Positions 59,969-64,000 of a stretch of DNA of 64,000 nt are shown here, piece by piece. A program made the translations under genes and the position numbers. The DNA is from an uncultured bacterium (GTDB lineage Bacteria > Babelota > Babeliae > Babelales > Babelaceae). The DNA lies in assembly GCA_963722385.1 (NCBI GenBank), contig CAVRKK010000002.1:416001-480000 (forward strand), written 5' to 3'. Numbering within the stretch: the first letter of the stretch is position 1; each line of letters opens with the position of its first letter. The notes under the pieces are model-generated. The model ran no database searches. It saw only the letters and a program-made list of their open reading frames with translations, and was not told the DNA's origin.

Positions 59969-62173
59969 ATGGAAGTATTTACTATCAAAGGCTTCCCGAC
60001 TAAGGTCGGTCTCAGCATATTGCTTTTGTTTACTCCTTCATTCACCATTGGTATGGAATGGACGAATTCTCGCAGGTCAACCAGTCCAAGCATTTTAAGA
60101 AAGCGGGAGGAAGCGACAACGCTTCTGTGGAATGCCGCAGCAAGTGGCGACATAGCAGCAGCAAAAAGTGCTTTAAAGAAGGGAGCTTGCATTACGAATA
60201 CTGATCATTTGCAAAGGCAAGCCTTACACCTTGCTGTTGCCAACGGCCATTTACGGTTTGTTAAGTGGCTTTTTTCAAAAGGTGCCAACATTGAAGAACC
60301 TGGCACTCAAGGGCGCAGGCCGCTTCATATAGCTGCTGCGGGTGACCACAAGGATATTGTTAGTTGGTTGCTTGAGCACGGAGCTAAAGTCAATTATTGG
60401 GACTATGACGGTTTACAGCCTATACATTGTGCTGCATCACAAGGTCATTTAGATATCATCAAACTGCTTAAAGAACATGGCGCTCAGATTAATCCAAATA
60501 CAGATCAAACACATATTAAAACACCACTTCATGAAGCAGCGCGAGCTGGTAACAAAGAAATAGTGCAATGGCTACTCGATAACGGTGCTTTTGTGAGCGC
60601 TTGGGATGAACAAGGAAGAGAGCCTCTTCATTTAGCAGCAGGAAGTGACCAAGAAGCTATCGTAAAGCTCCTTGTAATAAAAGGTGCTCATGTTAATGCG
60701 CAAGATAGCGAAGGCAAATCGCCAACCCATTATGCAGCAGAAATAGGAAGCTTAAAAATGCTCCAATTGCTCAGAGGTCTTGGTGCCAGTATTGATGTTG
60801 GCACAAGATCGGGTAAACAGCCAATTCATAGCGCTGCAGCAAATGGCCATCTTGAGGTTGTCCAATGGCTTCTCAAACAAGGAATCGTCAACATTAATGC
60901 TCAAACTGAATATGGTTTGACACCTCTTGATTATGCTGTTATGGAAGCCCGTTTGCCGGTAGTTGTGTGGCTTCTTGAGCAAAATGCCAGTAAAGAAAGC
61001 ACTGCTTTTCCTCTCCATGAAGCTATTTCTAAAAGAAGAGGGGATATAACCAAAATCATTGAATGTCTCCTTAATCATGGATTTGATATTAATAGCGTGG
61101 ATGATAAAGGGAGAACGTTAGTGCATAGGGCTGCTGTTGTGGGCGACCTTGATATGATTATATGGCTTAAGCAGCACGGGGCGTGCATTACTATTCAAGA
61201 TACAGCAGGTTTACAACCTCTTCATTACGCTGCTCAAGGAAAGCGATTGGCGATTGCGCAATGGCTCGTTGAGCATGATGCTGATCTTAATACACAGGAC
61301 ATGTATGGTTGGAGTCCGCTTTGTCATGCAGTGTCAGTAGGCAATATGGAGCTTGTTATGCTTCTTTTAGCGCGTGGTGCACGTATTGATTTGACGGATA
61401 TTTTGCGGCGAAAGCCTTTAGATATAGCTCAAGAAAAGGGGCGTCGCGAGATTATTGACCTGCTTATTTATTATACTGAGTTTGCCCCGGGCAACAGTGA
61501 AGCAAACTCAGAGCGAAAGAAAGAAAAAGAGCTCGAAGAAGTTCCAACAAGCCGAGAAAAAATGAACAATGAGCTCTTCGAAAACATACGCCGGGGGCAA
61601 CTAGAGCTTGTTGAAGTAGCCTTACGTGCTAGAGCTGAAGTTACTATTTATAATGAAAGTGGTTTTTTGCCCATACATGTTGCAGTAGAGGGGGGAAATC
61701 TTGCTATTGTACGTTGTCTTTACCAGTATGGAGCTGACTTGCGTGCTGAAAGCCGTGACGGCCAACAGCCTATCCATATTGCTTCGCGCGCAGGCCACGC
61801 TGAAATAGTACAGTTTCTGCTTAATCAACAGATCAAAGTTGATGTTTGTACGAGGGATGGAAAGCAGCCGATTCACTGCGCTGCAGAGGGAGGATCGGTA
61901 AGCGTTATAGCAGAGCTTATCGAACGAGGAGCTGCGCTCGATTCATGCGATAATCAGCAATTTCAGCCGTTACACAGCGCTGCCCGGCATGGACATTGTG
62001 ATGCAGTTCGCTACCTTGTAGGCTGTGGTGCAGATGTCAATGCCCGAGATGGAAGAGGCTTAAGAGCAGAACTTATCGCTGCCCAAAATGGACATTACAG
62101 CATAGCTGCATTCTTGGCTCAAAATGGAAGAGCCACTTCTTCTCGCTCGGTGAGAAATCTAGCCTCTTTTTAA
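59969..62173 (+). CDS. Multi-ankyrin-repeat protein
   Basis: Roughly 18-19 PLH.AA..G....V..LL..GA repeats in two blocks; hydrophobic leader ending TIG-ME. Confidence 0.95.
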   Translation: MEVFTIKGFPTKVGLSILLLFTPSFTIGMEWTNSRRSTSPSILRKREEATTLLWNAAASGDIAAAKSALKKGACITNTDHLQRQALHLAVANGHLRFVKWLFSKGANIEEPGTQGRRPLHIAAAGDHKDIVSWLLEHGAKVNYWDYDGLQPIHCAASQGHLDIIKLLKEHGAQINPNTDQTHIKTPLHEAARAGNKEIVQWLLDNGAFVSAWDEQGREPLHLAAGSDQEAIVKLLVIKGAHVNAQDSEGKSPTHYAAEIGSLKMLQLLRGLGASIDVGTRSGKQPIHSAAANGHLEVVQWLLKQGIVNINAQTEYGLTPLDYAVMEARLPVVVWLLEQNASKESTAFPLHEAISKRRGDITKIIECLLNHGFDINSVDDKGRTLVHRAAVVGDLDMIIWLKQHGACITIQDTAGLQPLHYAAQGKRLAIAQWLVEHDADLNTQDMYGWSPLCHAVSVGNMELVMLLLARGARIDLTDILRRKPLDIAQEKGRREIIDLLIYYTEFAPGNSEANSERKKEKELEEVPTSREKMNNELFENIRRGQLELVEVALRARAEVTIYNESGFLPIHVAVEGGNLAIVRCLYQYGADLRAESRDGQQPIHIASRAGHAEIVQFLLNQQIKVDVCTRDGKQPIHCAAEGGSVSVIAELIERGAALDSCDNQQFQPLHSAARHGHCDAVRYLVGCGADVNARDGRGLRAELIAAQNGHYSIAAFLAQNGRATSSRSVRNLASF

Positions 62174-62284
62174 AAGAGGAATGTCAACCAATTAGCTGCA
62201 TATGTTAGGCAAGACCTCTCCTCGATCAGCGAAGCTTTGCGTCATAATTTATCGTGCTTAATAGCTCGTAAGAAAGCCGCTCTT

Positions 62285-63655
62285 CTAGAAACCATACCTA
62301 CTGCCCAAGAAAGGTACGCTTCTAATTTGAGCTGTCCTTATCTCAGGTGAGCTTGGTTGGAACGGTAATTGTGCTGTTTGTTGAGGATTGAGATAGCGCC
62401 TGAGAATATTTCGAATTCTTTCAGCGCGACTTGAAGTCCTGAGGTTTTGAAATAGGTTGTGGTGAAATTGCATTATGGGAGCTGCATCAAGAGGCACTAT
62501 TTGCTGAGCCTGTGTCATCTTATATGCTAGTCTGAGGATAAAGCTGAGGATATCCGGACTTAAGAGCGCGACAGAAATTTTCAGGCTGGTGGTAAAAACA
62601 GAGCACCATTCTGAACCAGATAATTCCGTTAAATCAAACATAGCAAGCGCTTCCATATCACCTTGTTTAACAGCGGTGAGGAATGCCCTATATAAAGTTT
62701 CTGGAGTCAGATATGCAAAGGCTAAAGGCTGAAAGAAAAAGCGCAGGGTGATTTTGCTTTGGGTAGCTACCGCTAGGTTGAATGCATCATTTAGTTTAGT
62801 GATTATGGATTTACGATCTTCTTGCCTTAATTCCTTATCTAATTCGATGACGTATTGCTTAAGAATCTCCAGCGTTTCTTTTATGTTACCCAAAATGAGA
62901 GATTGAGATAAGGAGGGAACCTTTAGCTTAAAGAGCCCTGTAGAAAAATCGGGCATTGTGTAGATACCCGTGTTAAAGAGATCACCTAAAAGGTGAGAGC
63001 TTTCAGATCCAGGGGCAAAATGATAGTGTGTTAAAAGCCAGATAATCAATTGGGAGCTGCGTTGGGCTTCTACCGTGCGGGGTTGAGTTTGCTGGTGAAT
63101 GCTTATTACTTTTTTCAATATTAATGGAGCAAAGATTTTGAAATTAAAATATTCAGCCAGAAGTTCGAAAGCGCTTAAATCCATAACCTTGAATAAGGTA
63201 ATCCAATCAGATTTTGAAATACTTGCCCCAAATTCTAAGAGTAGCCGGACTGTAGCTAAATCTTTGCGAATTAAGGCCCAGCTAAGTGGCGTGGAACGTT
63301 CGGTAAAGACATTGGGATTGGCGCCTCGTTCGAGCGTATTTCGTAATTTTTCTAGCTTTTCTTCGGCCAAAACTGAAGAATCATTGATTAACGCAATTTC
63401 AAATTCTGTTTGCGCTTCCTTGGGTGGTAATTGATAGGGAATAGCTAATCCTTGCGACTCTCTTTGGCTACCGACAGAATTTTTTAATGCCGACGTTTCT
63501 TGGTGTTCTTGTCGAGAACCAAGATATTGCTGTAGGTTTTTATTAAGCTTCCGACATTTCTCGTGGCGTCGTTTTTTGGATTGTTGCTGTTCTTTCTCCA
63601 TAGCAATATTGTTAAAACAAACGCTTACAATTATCAAAAAAATGAATTTTTTCAT
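62285..63655 (-). CDS. Secreted ankyrin-containing protein
   Basis: Start MKKFIF; NIA-ME; GANPN...TPLSWAL...LLLEFGA. Confidence 0.85.
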   Translation of the reverse strand: MKKFIFLIIVSVCFNNIAMEKEQQQSKKRRHEKCRKLNKNLQQYLGSRQEHQETSALKNSVGSQRESQGLAIPYQLPPKEAQTEFEIALINDSSVLAEEKLEKLRNTLERGANPNVFTERSTPLSWALIRKDLATVRLLLEFGASISKSDWITLFKVMDLSAFELLAEYFNFKIFAPLILKKVISIHQQTQPRTVEAQRSSQLIIWLLTHYHFAPGSESSHLLGDLFNTGIYTMPDFSTGLFKLKVPSLSQSLILGNIKETLEILKQYVIELDKELRQEDRKSIITKLNDAFNLAVATQSKITLRFFFQPLAFAYLTPETLYRAFLTAVKQGDMEALAMFDLTELSGSEWCSVFTTSLKISVALLSPDILSFILRLAYKMTQAQQIVPLDAAPIMQFHHNLFQNLRTSSRAERIRNILRRYLNPQQTAQLPFQPSSPEIRTAQIRSVPFLGSRYGF

Positions 63656-64000
63656 CGAAGTCTCCAAATATTCAAAAATTTGACTCTGCAATAAGAAATA
63701 AAGGGGTCTTTAAATTATTCCTGAAAAAAGTGTGTAAGTAAAGAATTGAGGTCACTAAATAGCGGCTTACCAAGTAAGTCCAAGTTGGAATAATAGTTAG
63801 GATTATAGATTAACGTTAAATGTATTAATTCCTGAATAGTATTGTATCTTTCTTGCATCACAGGAGGAAGAGCTTTATGTCGAAATAAGTTATGGAAAAA
63901 ATCTAATGCAGAAAGTATATCAAATTAATCCATTCGACCGCTACTAACTAAAGAAGTGACGAAATCTAAGATATTCTTAGTAGCATCTGTATTTAAGAGA

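Noticed and set aside
1..64000. tRNA/rRNA genes, diversity-generating retroelement or retron; short antisense ORFs
   Set aside because: No cloverleaf or rRNA-like stretch noticed by eye and no reverse transcriptase. Differences between the toxin copies are not adenine-specific. The short ORFs shadow well-supported genes.

Overview
Bacterial chromosomal segment. Its gene content (many signal-peptide and ankyrin proteins, MutS-like, Fic, PLD, sulfotransferase, archaeal-type ValRS, T2SS) suggests an intracellular protist-associated bacterium, most plausibly Candidatus Dependentiae/Babelota. This assignment is an inference and was not searched. Core genes (valS, mgtE, rluD-like, mscS-like, recO-like, alr, trmH, mlaD, gspF-G-H-I-J-K, M16 peptidase, GT4) alternate with AT-richer accessory patches holding IS remnants (IS701-like, ISAs1 ends, IS5, IS3, IS982), two RelE-type toxin-antitoxin pairs and candidate effectors. 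Main unexplained signals: (1) a dispersed ~430-nt modular palindromic element in five copies, with compensatory changes, one-strand G-U wobbles and variable-length stem inserts; one copy appears split by a 3.8-kb insertion flanked by a 31-bp duplication; (2) two inverted paralogous loci encoding signal peptide-Hint-TM-toxin proteins with tandem-domain immunity genes, whose tips and immunities have diverged; (3) five secreted proteins whose predicted mature N-terminus is Met-Glu, including an ankyrin protein with a C-terminal F-box-like motif. Several genes carry single-base frameshifts that may be real decay or consensus errors.
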